The position numbers were made by a program, and so were the translations under genes. A model generated the notes under the pieces. That model ran no database searches and had not been told where the DNA came from. It saw only the letters and a program-made list of their open reading frames with translations. From Candidatus Multivoradales bacterium (lineage in GTDB: Bacteria > Acidobacteriota > Thermoanaerobaculia > Multivoradales > JAHEKO01): DNA of 64,000 nucleotides. The stretch covers positions 224,001-288,000 of the forward strand of contig CBDCXM010000009.1 of the NCBI GenBank assembly GCA_965223855.1, in the 5' to 3' direction. Shown here one piece after another: positions 28,378 through 37,077 of this stretch (the stretch's first letter is position 1; each line of letters begins with the position of its first letter).

Positions 28378-29238
28378 GTGCCGGCCTCCGTCCCGGCCTT
28401 CCTTTTGAGCGGCGGGGGTAACGACTTCCTCGCCCTCGTCGAGCCCGAACGGGTTCCGGAGGCGGCCACCATCCGCGCCTGGTGCACGCGCGGGCTGTCG
28501 GTCGGGGCCGACGGGCTCTTCGTGCTGCGACGCGAAGCCGGCGGCGCGGTGCGCATGGACCATTTCAACGCCGACGGCGGTGCCGCGGAGCTCTGTCTCA
28601 ACGGCAGCCGTTGCGCCGCCGTGCTCTCCCGCAGGCTCGGCTGGGCGGACCGGCAGGTCGAGCTCCAGACCGCAGCCGGCCAGGTCTCGGCGACTCTCGT
28701 CGGCGAGCATCGGGTCCGCCTCAGCCTCGACCCGCCGGCCGCGGCTCCGGTCGAGAAGCACCTCGACCTCGAGCCGGGGGCCGCAGGCGAGACGGGGATC
28801 ACAGGCTGGTTCGTCACCGTCGGGGTGCCCCAGTTCGTCGTCGCCCGGCCCGAGAGTCTCGCCGACACACCGGTCGCCGAGCTCGGTCGCCGCCTGCGCC
28901 ACCATCCCGCGTTCGGCGACGCCGGGACCAACGTCATGTTCGTCCGCTTCGCCTCCGCACGTCTCGAGATGCGCAGTTTCGAGCGCGGCGTCGAAGCCGA
29001 GACGCTCGCCTGTGGAACGGGAGCGCTGGCGGCGGCGGCGGTTGCAGTCGCACATCGCGGTCTCTCCGTGCCGCTCGAGATCCTCACCGGCGGCGGCACC
29101 GTGCTGCGGGTGGACGGCACCGTTGACGACGGCCGCTTCGAAGATTGGAGCCTGGAGGGCGACGCCCGCTGTCTCGCGCGTCTCGACCTGCTGGCCGGTT
29201 CGATCGACCTCCCCGCTGCGCCGCGCTGGTCCCCCTGA
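28378..29238 (+). CDS. dapF: Diaminopimelate epimerase
   Basis: GGGNDF, GADG, FNADGGAAELCLNGSRC, GTNVMF, FERGVEAETLACGTGA. Confidence 0.93.
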   Translation: MPASVPAFLLSGGGNDFLALVEPERVPEAATIRAWCTRGLSVGADGLFVLRREAGGAVRMDHFNADGGAAELCLNGSRCAAVLSRRLGWADRQVELQTAAGQVSATLVGEHRVRLSLDPPAAAPVEKHLDLEPGAAGETGITGWFVTVGVPQFVVARPESLADTPVAELGRRLRHHPAFGDAGTNVMFVRFASARLEMRSFERGVEAETLACGTGALAAAAVAVAHRGLSVPLEILTGGGTVLRVDGTVDDGRFEDWSLEGDARCLARLDLLAGSIDLPAAPRWSP

Positions 29239-29264
29239 CCCCTCCTCGTGGTAGAACTCCGCCG

Positions 29265-30491
29265 ATGAGCGAGACGCCGTTCCCAGCCGTCGCCGAGCAG
29301 CTCGCCGTGCTCCGGCGCGGCTTGGTCGACCTCGTCGACGAGGAACAGCTCGCCGCCAAACTCGAGGCGTCGCGAACAAGCGGACGACCACTGACGGTCA
29401 AGACCGGGTTCGACGCCTCGGCGCCGGATCTTCACCTCGGCCACTGCGTGCTGCTCGAGAAGATGCGCCAGTTCCAGCAACTGGGACATCGGGTGGTCTT
29501 CCTGATCGGCGACTTCACCGCCATGATCGGCGACCCTACGGGCAAGAAACTGACCCGGCCTCAGCTCAGCCGCGAGGAGGTTCTCGAGAACTCCGCGACC
29601 TACGAGCGCCAGGTCTGGAAGGTGCTCGATCGCGAGCACACGGTCGTCGACTACAACAGCAAGTGGCTCGACCCGCTCGGTTCCCAGGGGCTCATCCGAC
29701 TCGCCGGCAAGTATCCGCTCGCGCGCATGATGGAGCGCGACGACTTCCGCTCGCGCTGGGAGGCGCACCAGACGATCAGCCTTCACGAGCTCCTCTATCC
29801 GCTCGTCCAGGGGTACGACTCGGTCGCATTGGAGGCCGACGTCGAGCTCGGCGGTCACGATCAGATCTTCAACCTGCTCGTCGGGCGCACTCTGATGAAG
29901 GAGCACGGGCTCGATCCCCAGGTGGTGCTGACCGTGCCGCTGCTCGTCGGCATCGACGGCAGCGACAAGATGTCGAAGAGCCTCGGCAACGCCATCGGCG
30001 TCGAAGACCCACCCGGGGAGATGTACGGCCGCACGCTGTCGATCCCCGACGATCTGATGTGGGCCTGGTGGCTGCTTTTGACCGACCTCGGCGAAGGCGA
30101 GATCGATCGCCGCAGGTCGGAGGTAGCGGCCGGCGAGCTTCACCCCAAGTCGGTCAAACAGGAACTGGCCCGCCGCCTCGTGACGAGGTTCCACGACCGC
30201 GCCGCCGCCGAGGCCGCCGAACGCGAGTTCGAGGCCGTGTTTACTGCCGGCGGCGAGCCGGACGAGGTCGAGGAGCACTCGTTCGAAGGATCGACGCGCC
30301 TGCTGACAATCCTCACGGATACCGGACTCGCTTCCAGCAACGCAGAGGGGAAGCGACTGCTCAAGCAGGGGGCCGTATCGATCGACGGGACGAAGGTAAC
30401 CGACCCCGAGGCGCTCCATCTGGAGCTCGCCCCCGGCAGCTACCTGCTCAAGGTCGGAAAACGGCGCTTCGCCCGCGCCCTGGTGACGTGA
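29265..30491 (+). CDS. tyrS: Tyrosine--tRNA ligase
   Basis: GFDASAPDLHLGH, IGDPTGK, YPLVQGYDS, ELGGHDQIFN, KMSKS, C-terminal S4 domain. Confidence 0.97.
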   Translation: MSETPFPAVAEQLAVLRRGLVDLVDEEQLAAKLEASRTSGRPLTVKTGFDASAPDLHLGHCVLLEKMRQFQQLGHRVVFLIGDFTAMIGDPTGKKLTRPQLSREEVLENSATYERQVWKVLDREHTVVDYNSKWLDPLGSQGLIRLAGKYPLARMMERDDFRSRWEAHQTISLHELLYPLVQGYDSVALEADVELGGHDQIFNLLVGRTLMKEHGLDPQVVLTVPLLVGIDGSDKMSKSLGNAIGVEDPPGEMYGRTLSIPDDLMWAWWLLLTDLGEGEIDRRRSEVAAGELHPKSVKQELARRLVTRFHDRAAAEAAEREFEAVFTAGGEPDEVEEHSFEGSTRLLTILTDTGLASSNAEGKRLLKQGAVSIDGTKVTDPEALHLELAPGSYLLKVGKRRFARALVT

Positions 30492-31321
30492 CGGGCGAGA
30501 GGGCAGAGCGCTCTCACACCCAGGGCCGTCCCCTGCCCGACGAAGTCGGCTCCCTCCCGGCGGACGAGGCGATCCCCGCGCTCTTCGCGGAGCACGGCGG
30601 GCGGCTCTTCGGCCTCGGCCTGCGACTGTGCGGATCTCCCGAGGACGCCGAGGAGCTGGTGCAGGACATCTTCCTGACCGCCTTCAGAAGTTGGGATCAG
30701 TTCGAGGGTCGATCGAAGCCGACGACCTGGCTCTACACCATCGCCACCCGAGCCTGCATGCGCAAGCACCGCAAGCGGGCGGGCGAACCGGACACCCTCC
30801 AGTCCCTGGATGCGCTGGTTCCGCACGACGAGTCGACGGTCCCGGCGCTCGATGAGGCCGACCCGTTCGAACGACGGGTGCGCAGCGAGATTCAGGAGCG
30901 GATCGAGACGGCGTTGACGAGCGTGCCGCCGGACTTCCGCATGGCGCTGGTTCTCAAGGACATCGCCGAGCTCAGCGTCGCCGAGGTGGCGACCGTGCTC
31001 GGCATCAAGGAGGCGACGGTCAAGACACGGGTCTACCGGGCTCGGCTTGCGCTCAGAAAGGCACTGGCCGAGTCGCTCCCGCAGCGGCCGGTAGTCGACC
31101 CGGACGCGCCACCGATCTGTCGAGACCTCCTGCTGGCCAAGCTCGATGCACTCGACCGCGGGGTCGACTTCCCTCTCGCGAAGGAGCTGCTCTCCGACCG
31201 CTGCGGCTCGTTCTTCCGGACCCTCGACCTGACGCGCGAGGCGTGCAGGCGCATCGGCGAGGGGACGATCCCCTCGAAGATCCGCGAACGGCTCGGGACG
31301 GCGATCAGAGAGCCGGCCTGA
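30488..31321 (+). CDS. ECF RNA polymerase sigma factor with ~80-aa Cys-containing C-terminal extension
   Basis: Region 2 DAEELVQDIFL..FEGRSKPTTWLYTIA; region 4 LVLKDIAELSVAEVATVLGIKEATVKTRVYRARLALR; tail PICRDLL...SDRCGSF...EACRRI; GTGA overlap with tyrS. Confidence 0.9.
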   Translation: MTGERAERSHTQGRPLPDEVGSLPADEAIPALFAEHGGRLFGLGLRLCGSPEDAEELVQDIFLTAFRSWDQFEGRSKPTTWLYTIATRACMRKHRKRAGEPDTLQSLDALVPHDESTVPALDEADPFERRVRSEIQERIETALTSVPPDFRMALVLKDIAELSVAEVATVLGIKEATVKTRVYRARLALRKALAESLPQRPVVDPDAPPICRDLLLAKLDALDRGVDFPLAKELLSDRCGSFFRTLDLTREACRRIGEGTIPSKIRERLGTAIREPA

Positions 31322-31354
31322 ACGGCGCGGGCGCGACCGGCGCCTGCCGGCGGC

Positions 31355-32758
31355 TCAGGAAGCCTCCTCGTAGCGCGCGAAGGCGTCGTCGACGTAGCGC
31401 ACTTCGATCCCCTCGCGCGCCAGCAGGGCGGCTGCCGCCGCGGCTCGGGCGCCGCTCTTGCAGTGCACCAGCCAGGTGGCTTCGCGGTCCACCTCGTCGA
31501 CCCGGTCGAGCAAACGGGTGTGGGCGATGTTGGCGGCCCCGGGCACGTGGCCGGCGGCGTACTCCGACGCCCCTCGAACGTCGAGGACCCGATGCCGATC
31601 GTCTCCACGCAACCGCTCGACCGCCTCGAAGTCGATCACCGGCGTCGAGGTCAGGTCCGGCGCTCCGACGAGATCTTCGGGCGGCAGGAAACCGACGACC
31701 CGATCCAGGCCGATCCTCACGAGATCCCGCACCGCCTCCTCGAGGCGCCTTTCGTCGAGAACCAGGTAGATCTCCTCCTCCGGCCGCACATAGGAGCCCG
31801 CGACCGTCGGAAACGACTTGTTGAACGGAGCGTAGAGGGAGCCTGGAAGGTGTCCCTCCATGAACGCCGCGCGATCTCCGCGAGTGTCGAGCACGACAGC
31901 TCCTCTTTCGAGGGCGGCCGTCACCTCTGCGAGCGAGGTTCGGACCGGCGCCGGGAGTCCTCCGAGGAGCGGCGGCCCCTCCTTGTTGAGCTTCTTCATC
32001 CGCGCGAAGTAGAGCGGGGGCTCGGGCTGGCCCTCGAGGATCGACGCGACGAACGACTCCCGGCCCCTTCGCGCCGCGTCGATGGCCGCATTGGACCTGG
32101 TCTCGTAGCCGACGGTCGACATCGGAACCGCACCGAGCGCCTTGCCACAGGCACTCCCTGCGCCATGCGCGGGCCACACCTGCAGGAACTCGGGCAGCTC
32201 GAGGAAGAGCGACAGGGAGTCGAAGAGCCGCTCGGCCGACGGCTCCATCGCGCCCGCGACGCCGGCGGCCGATTCGAGCAGGTCGGGCCGTCCGAGGTCG
32301 CCCACGAACACGAAATCACCGGTCGCGATGCCGATCGGCTCGCTCATTCCCGATCCGTGATCGGTGACGGTGAAACTCAGATGCTCAGGGGTGTGCCCCG
32401 GTGTATGGACCGCCTGGATCTCGATGTTCCCGACACGGAACACGTCACCGTGATGCAGAAGGGTGACGTCGTAGTCGCTCCCCTTCGCCCACTCGTACTT
32501 CCAGTCGGCGTCTCCCTCGTCGGAGAGATAGAGGTGCGCGCCGGTCTGCTCTGCGAGCTCGCGGGCTCCGGAGAGGAAATCTGCATGGATGTGAGTCTCC
32601 GTCACCGCCGTGAGCGTGAGGCCTTCGGCGCGGACGATCTCGAGGTAACGGTCGCTGTCTCGCTCGGGATCGATCAGCAGCGCCTCCCCGGTCCGCTGGC
32701 AGCCGACGAGGTAGGCGTATTGCGCGAGCTTCGGGTCGTAGATCTGTCGAAAAAGCAT
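31355..32758 (-). CDS. Persulfide dioxygenase-rhodanese fusion (CstB/Blh-like MBL plus two rhodanese domains)
   Basis: ETHIHADFLSG, HTPGHTPEH, GDFVFVGDLGRPDL, PAHGAGSACGK, GHLPGS, GHVPGA, HCKSGAR. Confidence 0.88.
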   Translation of the reverse strand: MLFRQIYDPKLAQYAYLVGCQRTGEALLIDPERDSDRYLEIVRAEGLTLTAVTETHIHADFLSGARELAEQTGAHLYLSDEGDADWKYEWAKGSDYDVTLLHHGDVFRVGNIEIQAVHTPGHTPEHLSFTVTDHGSGMSEPIGIATGDFVFVGDLGRPDLLESAAGVAGAMEPSAERLFDSLSLFLELPEFLQVWPAHGAGSACGKALGAVPMSTVGYETRSNAAIDAARRGRESFVASILEGQPEPPLYFARMKKLNKEGPPLLGGLPAPVRTSLAEVTAALERGAVVLDTRGDRAAFMEGHLPGSLYAPFNKSFPTVAGSYVRPEEEIYLVLDERRLEEAVRDLVRIGLDRVVGFLPPEDLVGAPDLTSTPVIDFEAVERLRGDDRHRVLDVRGASEYAAGHVPGAANIAHTRLLDRVDEVDREATWLVHCKSGARAAAAAALLAREGIEVRYVDDAFARYEEAS

Positions 32759-32839
32759 GTGGAGTCTCCGTGGGTCTTGTTGGGATCGTTCAGAAGCAGG
32801 TCGTTGTCGGGAGTTGGAAGGGGTCGTCGGGTCGTGAGA

Positions 32840-33280
32840 TCAATGAGGCAGCGACGGGCGAAGCAGAGCGTAGACCCAGGTTCCAGCCAGCGCGCTGACG
32901 AGCAGGACCCCCGCGCCCGCCACACCGTTGCCGAGCAGCGCGAAGATCGGGCCGGGGCAGGCGCCCGCCAGGCCCCATCCGAGGCCGAAGAGGCTGCCGC
33001 CGACGGCGTAACGGATGCCACGGCCCAGGACCTTGGGCGGCACCTCGATCGGATCGCCCGCGAGATCGGTGCCGACTCTCCTCTTGACGAGGGCGACGCC
33101 GACGGAGGCCACAGCGACGGCCGAAACGATCACCCCGTACATGTGGAAACTGTGAAAGCGGAACATCTCCTGGATCCGGTACCAGGAGATGATCTGCGAC
33201 TGCGTCGCCGTGACTCCGAACAGCACTCCCAGCAACAGGTACGGCACGAGGTTCGTCACCGTCGGTAGCTGCCGGTTCAT
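32840..33280 (-). CDS. YeeE/YedE (DUF6691-like) sulfur transport membrane protein
   Basis: SWYRIQEMFRFHSFHMYG, GGSLFGLGWGLAGACPGP. Confidence 0.88.
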   Translation of the reverse strand: MNRQLPTVTNLVPYLLLGVLFGVTATQSQIISWYRIQEMFRFHSFHMYGVIVSAVAVASVGVALVKRRVGTDLAGDPIEVPPKVLGRGIRYAVGGSLFGLGWGLAGACPGPIFALLGNGVAGAGVLLVSALAGTWVYALLRPSLPH

Positions 33281-33837
33281 CGCAGCACCCACGGCAGCAG
33301 GACATGGGTCGCCACGAGCCCGCCGGCGAAGAAGCCGAGCACTGCCAGCAGCGAGGCGGGTTGGCGATCGGCGAGTCCGGAGATCGCGTGGCCGGACGTG
33401 CAACCTCCGGCGTAGCGGGCGCCGAAGCCGACGAGGAACCCTCCGCCCACCAGCAGTACGAGACTCGGGCCTGTCCCGAGAGAGCCCGCTCCGAAGATTT
33501 CCGCCGGCACGAGACCCGTCGGGGCGCCCAGCCCCAGCTCGGTCAGCGCGCTCGTCGTGCGCGCATCCAACGCGACCTCCGCCGGCCCGAGCCAGGTCGC
33601 CGCGACCCAACCGCCGGCAACGATGCCGAGTGCGAATACGAGATTCCACCCTCCGCTGCCCCACCAGTCATAGCGCAGAAACGACGGCTTCCTCGGAATC
33701 ACGGCCGCGCACAGATGACGCAGGTTCGACGAGATCCCGAACTGGCGACCGCCGACGATGAGCAGCATCGGCACCAGAGCACCGATGATCGGTCCGGCCA
33801 CGTACCACGGCCAGGGTTCTTTGAGCGTTTCGATCAT
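33277..33837 (-). CDS. YeeE/YedE thiosulfate-transporter-family membrane protein
   Basis: PWPWYVAGP, FGISSNLRHLCA, GGFLVGFGARYAGGCTSGHAISGL. Confidence 0.9.
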   Translation of the reverse strand: MIETLKEPWPWYVAGPIIGALVPMLLIVGGRQFGISSNLRHLCAAVIPRKPSFLRYDWWGSGGWNLVFALGIVAGGWVAATWLGPAEVALDARTTSALTELGLGAPTGLVPAEIFGAGSLGTGPSLVLLVGGGFLVGFGARYAGGCTSGHAISGLADRQPASLLAVLGFFAGGLVATHVLLPWVLR

Positions 33838-35609
33838 GAAGTTCCTCCCTGAGCTCTGAGAGAGCCCGGTCGCTGCTTCGCAACCAGGGTATCGACCGCC
33901 TCCTGGGTGCTGAGAAAAATCCGTCCTGGTGTCATCGACTCGACGAAGGAAACCCGCTGAAGCCGGTCCATGACCGGACCCTTGACCTCCGCGAGATGAA
34001 ACGTGACTCCCGCACTGTCGAGCTCGACCCTCAAGGTCTCCAGAGTCTCGAGGGCGCTGCCGTCGATGAAGTTGACCGCACTGGCGATCAATACGAAGTC
34101 GCGCAGGCGCGGGCGCTCCGCAACTGCCCGTAGAACCTCGTCTTCGAGATTCCGCGCGTTGGCGAAGTAGAGGCTCTCGTCGACCCTCACCAGCAGCAGC
34201 TCGGGCCAGGTCTCCACCTGATGTCGAAGGACGTTGCGATAGTGCTCGCTGCCGGCGACGCGACCCACCACCGCCATGTGAGGCTGCGTCGTTCTCCAGA
34301 CGTGGAGCGCCACCGCCACCACCGCGCCGATCACGATCCCGGCTTCGACGCCGAGCACGAGCACGGCTGCGAACGTCGTCGTGAAAGCCGCGCCGTCCGC
34401 TCGGCTGTACTTCCAGGCGCGCACCGCCGCTCGCCAGTCGACGAGTTGGGCGACCGCAACGACGATGATCGCCGCCAGTGCGGCCTTCGGCAGATGGTGG
34501 AAGGCTGGAGTCATCCAAATCACCGCCACCGCGACGAGCGCAGCCGTGACCAGCGCCGCCAGGCCCGACCGGGCGCCGGCGGTGAAGTTCACCATCGAGC
34601 GGCTGAAGCCGCCGGTCACGGGATAGCCGCCGGTGAACGCAGCACCGAGGTTGGCCACGCCGAGCGCCAGCAGCTCCTGGTTCGCCCGCACCCGCTCGCG
34701 GCGCTTCGCGGCCAGCACCCTCGCAATGGCAAAGCTCTCGAGGAAGCCGATGAAGCAGATCGCGACCGCCGTCGGCAGCAGCACTCGAAGCGCCGCCGCG
34801 TCGAGCGGCGGTCGGCCGACGGCGGGAAGCCCCTGGGGGATGACGCCGACGACCGCCACGGAGGCTCTCTCATCGAGCGACATGGCAGCGGTCAGTGCCG
34901 CGGTCACGCCAACTGCGACGAAAGGTCCCGTCTTCGCCAGCGGTGCGGCCCAACTCTCGCTCGCGCCCGCACGCACCAGCAATGGGCCCAGCCGGCTGCG
35001 GAAGAAGAGGAGGATCGACAACGCCGTGAGCGTCAGCAGCACGGTGGTCGGGTTGACCTGTCCGAGACGCTCGACCACCGCTTGCACGGTCTCGAGGAAT
35101 CCCTCGGGCCGCCCGATCTCGAGGCCGAACAGGTGCCTCAGCTGGCTGCCGGCGATCACCAGTGCCGCAGCGGAGGTGAAACCGGCAAGAACGGCATGAC
35201 TGAGGAAGTTGACGAGGAAACCCATGCGGGCCAGACCCATCGCCGCCTGAAGCAAGCCGACCATCAGCGCGAGAGTCAGGGCGTATCCGACGAACGCCTC
35301 GGTCCCCGGTTCGGCGAGCTCCGACACGCCGGTCGCCACCAGCAGAGAGACGATCGCCACCGGCCCGACAGCGAGCGACGTGCTGGTGCCGAAGATCGCG
35401 TAGAGCGCAACCGGGACGATGCTGGCGTAGAGCCCCACCTGGGCCGGCAGCCCGGCCAGCAACGCATAGGCCATCGCCTGCGGCACCAGCATGATCGCCA
35501 CCACGAGCCCGGCAACCAGGTCGCTGGGCAGATCGCCACGGCGATAGGAGGGCAGCCACGAAGCGGCGGGCAGCCAGCGTGCGAGACCGGTGCTCGAAGG
35601 GGTCGCCAA
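33834..35609 (-). CDS. sulP: SulP family anion transporter with STAS domain
   Basis: DLVAGLVVAIMLVPQAMAYALLAGLP..GLY, NQELLALG, GGYPVTGGFSRS, RVDESLYFANA, VNFIDGSA. Confidence 0.93.
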   Translation of the reverse strand: MATPSSTGLARWLPAASWLPSYRRGDLPSDLVAGLVVAIMLVPQAMAYALLAGLPAQVGLYASIVPVALYAIFGTSTSLAVGPVAIVSLLVATGVSELAEPGTEAFVGYALTLALMVGLLQAAMGLARMGFLVNFLSHAVLAGFTSAAALVIAGSQLRHLFGLEIGRPEGFLETVQAVVERLGQVNPTTVLLTLTALSILLFFRSRLGPLLVRAGASESWAAPLAKTGPFVAVGVTAALTAAMSLDERASVAVVGVIPQGLPAVGRPPLDAAALRVLLPTAVAICFIGFLESFAIARVLAAKRRERVRANQELLALGVANLGAAFTGGYPVTGGFSRSMVNFTAGARSGLAALVTAALVAVAVIWMTPAFHHLPKAALAAIIVVAVAQLVDWRAAVRAWKYSRADGAAFTTTFAAVLVLGVEAGIVIGAVVAVALHVWRTTQPHMAVVGRVAGSEHYRNVLRHQVETWPELLLVRVDESLYFANARNLEDEVLRAVAERPRLRDFVLIASAVNFIDGSALETLETLRVELDSAGVTFHLAEVKGPVMDRLQRVSFVESMTPGRIFLSTQEAVDTLVAKQRPGSLRAQGGTS

Positions 35610-35611
35610 GC

Positions 35612-35719
35612 TCAGTCAACCCCCGAAGGGCAAAGACTCGGCTCAGCGGTGAAATGGCCTCCGGGCATCGGGACTCCAGGCAGAGTAGAGGCCGGGTGGC
35701 TGTTCGTCGCGATGCTCAT
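35612..35719 (-). CDS. Putative 35-aa small ORF upstream of sulP
   Basis: ATG just downstream of the leftward ECF-type promoter; stop 2 nt before the sulP TTG; no family recognised. Confidence 0.35.
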   Translation of the reverse strand: MSIATNSHPASTLPGVPMPGGHFTAEPSLCPSGVD

Positions 35720-35738
35720 CGTGTCGCCTGCTAACGGA

Positions 35739-35769
35739 TGAGAGACACGGGCCGCCCTCGAGGTTCCCG
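35739..35769 (-). promoter_or_regulatory. ECF-type promoter (GGAACC-N15-GTCTCT) facing sulP-yeeE-yeeE-pdo
   Basis: Minus strand CGGGAACCTCG-agggcggc-CCGTGTCTCTCA, same arms and spacing as the plus-strand copy. Confidence 0.75.
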
Positions 35770-35777
35770 CCGATACC

Positions 35778-35808
35778 CGGGAACCTCGGACGGCTTCCGT
35801 GTCTCTCA
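35778..35808 (+). promoter_or_regulatory. ECF-type promoter (GGAACC-N15-GTCTCT) facing sqr
   Basis: CGGGAACCTCG-gacggctt-CCGTGTCTCTCA, 57 nt upstream of the sqr ATG. Confidence 0.75.
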
Positions 35809-35865
35809 CCTTCGAGACGCCATGACAGCAGCCGCTGTTCTCGCCAATCGAAGGAGACACGTCAC

Positions 35866-37068
35866 ATGAGCACTCACCATCACAGGATCGTCATCGTCGG
35901 CGGGGGCAACGCCGGCCTCTCGGTGGCCGCCCAACTGCTGCGCAAGGACCGCTCGCTCGACATCGCGATCCTCGATCCCGCCGAGCAGCACTACTACCAG
36001 CCGGCCTGGACTCTGGTCGGCGGGGGCGACTTCGACGTACGTGACACGGTCCGCCCCCAGAAGGACGTGATGCCGGAAGGGGTCACCTGGATTCGAGAGG
36101 CGGTGGAGACCTTCCAGCCGGAGGAGAAGACCGTGACCACCACCTCGGGCTCGTCGGTCGGCTACGACCTGCTGGTGGCCTGCCCCGGCATCCAGCTCAA
36201 CTGGGACGCGATTCCGGGACTCACCGACACCCTCGGACGCAACGGCGTCTGCAGCAACTACGGATTCGACCTCGCCCCCTACACTCATGAGTGCATCCGG
36301 AAGTTCGAAGGGGGCACCGCTCTCTTCACCCAGCCGGGAACTCCCATCAAGTGCGGTGGCGCGCCGCAGAAGATCATGTACCTCGCCGCCGACAACTTCC
36401 GGCGGCGTTCGCTCGGTGACGCCGCATCCATCGAGTTCTGCACCGCCGGCGGTGTCATCTTCGGCGTCGAGAAGTACGCCAGGCGCCTGCTCGAGGTCTG
36501 CGAACGCTACGGCATCGAGCTTCGCTTCCTTCACAACCTGGTCGCGATCGACGGCCCCGGCAAGACGGCCACCTTCGAAGTCACCGACACTGCGACCGGC
36601 GAGAAGACCGGGGTGACGAAGTCCTTCGACATGATCCACGTCTGCCCGCCACAGTCGGCTCCCGACTTCGTGCGCGAGAGCCCGCTCGCGGGCGAGGCAG
36701 GCTGGATCGATGTCGACAAAGCGACGTTGCAGCACAGCCGTTTCCCCGACGTCTTCGCGCTGGGCGACGCCACGAACACGCCGAACGCCAAGACCGGAGC
36801 CGCCATCCGCAAGCAGGCGCCGGTGCTGGTCGCCAACCTGCTGAGCCACCTGAGGTCGGAGCCGTTGACGGCGACCTACGGGGGCTACGGCTCCTGCCCT
36901 CTCGTCACCGGCTACGGCAGGCTCATCCTGGCCGAGTTCGACTACGCGAACGAGCCGGCCGAGACCTTCCCGTTCGATCAGAGCAAGGAGCGCTGGTCGA
37001 TGTACCAGCTCAAGAAGCGAGTGCTCCCGTGGCTCTACTGGAACAAGATTCTGAAGGGGACCGCCTGA
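35866..37068 (+). CDS. sqr: Sulfide:quinone oxidoreductase (type II-like)
   Basis: AAGGAG RBS; IVGGGNAG, HYYQPAWTLVGGG, PIKCGGAPQK, FALGD, AKTGAAIRKQAP, YGSCPLVTG, ETFPFDQSKER. Confidence 0.9.
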   Translation: MSTHHHRIVIVGGGNAGLSVAAQLLRKDRSLDIAILDPAEQHYYQPAWTLVGGGDFDVRDTVRPQKDVMPEGVTWIREAVETFQPEEKTVTTTSGSSVGYDLLVACPGIQLNWDAIPGLTDTLGRNGVCSNYGFDLAPYTHECIRKFEGGTALFTQPGTPIKCGGAPQKIMYLAADNFRRRSLGDAASIEFCTAGGVIFGVEKYARRLLEVCERYGIELRFLHNLVAIDGPGKTATFEVTDTATGEKTGVTKSFDMIHVCPPQSAPDFVRESPLAGEAGWIDVDKATLQHSRFPDVFALGDATNTPNAKTGAAIRKQAPVLVANLLSHLRSEPLTATYGGYGSCPLVTGYGRLILAEFDYANEPAETFPFDQSKERWSMYQLKKRVLPWLYWNKILKGTA

Positions 37069-37077
37069 CCACGCCCG

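Noticed and set aside
27087-30419. Long antisense or alternate-frame ORFs (e.g. 27087-30419 -, 56231-59266 +, 41395-43893 +, 14298-16613 +)
   Set aside because: Shadow ORFs expected at high GC; they overlap well-supported genes and have no recognisable motifs
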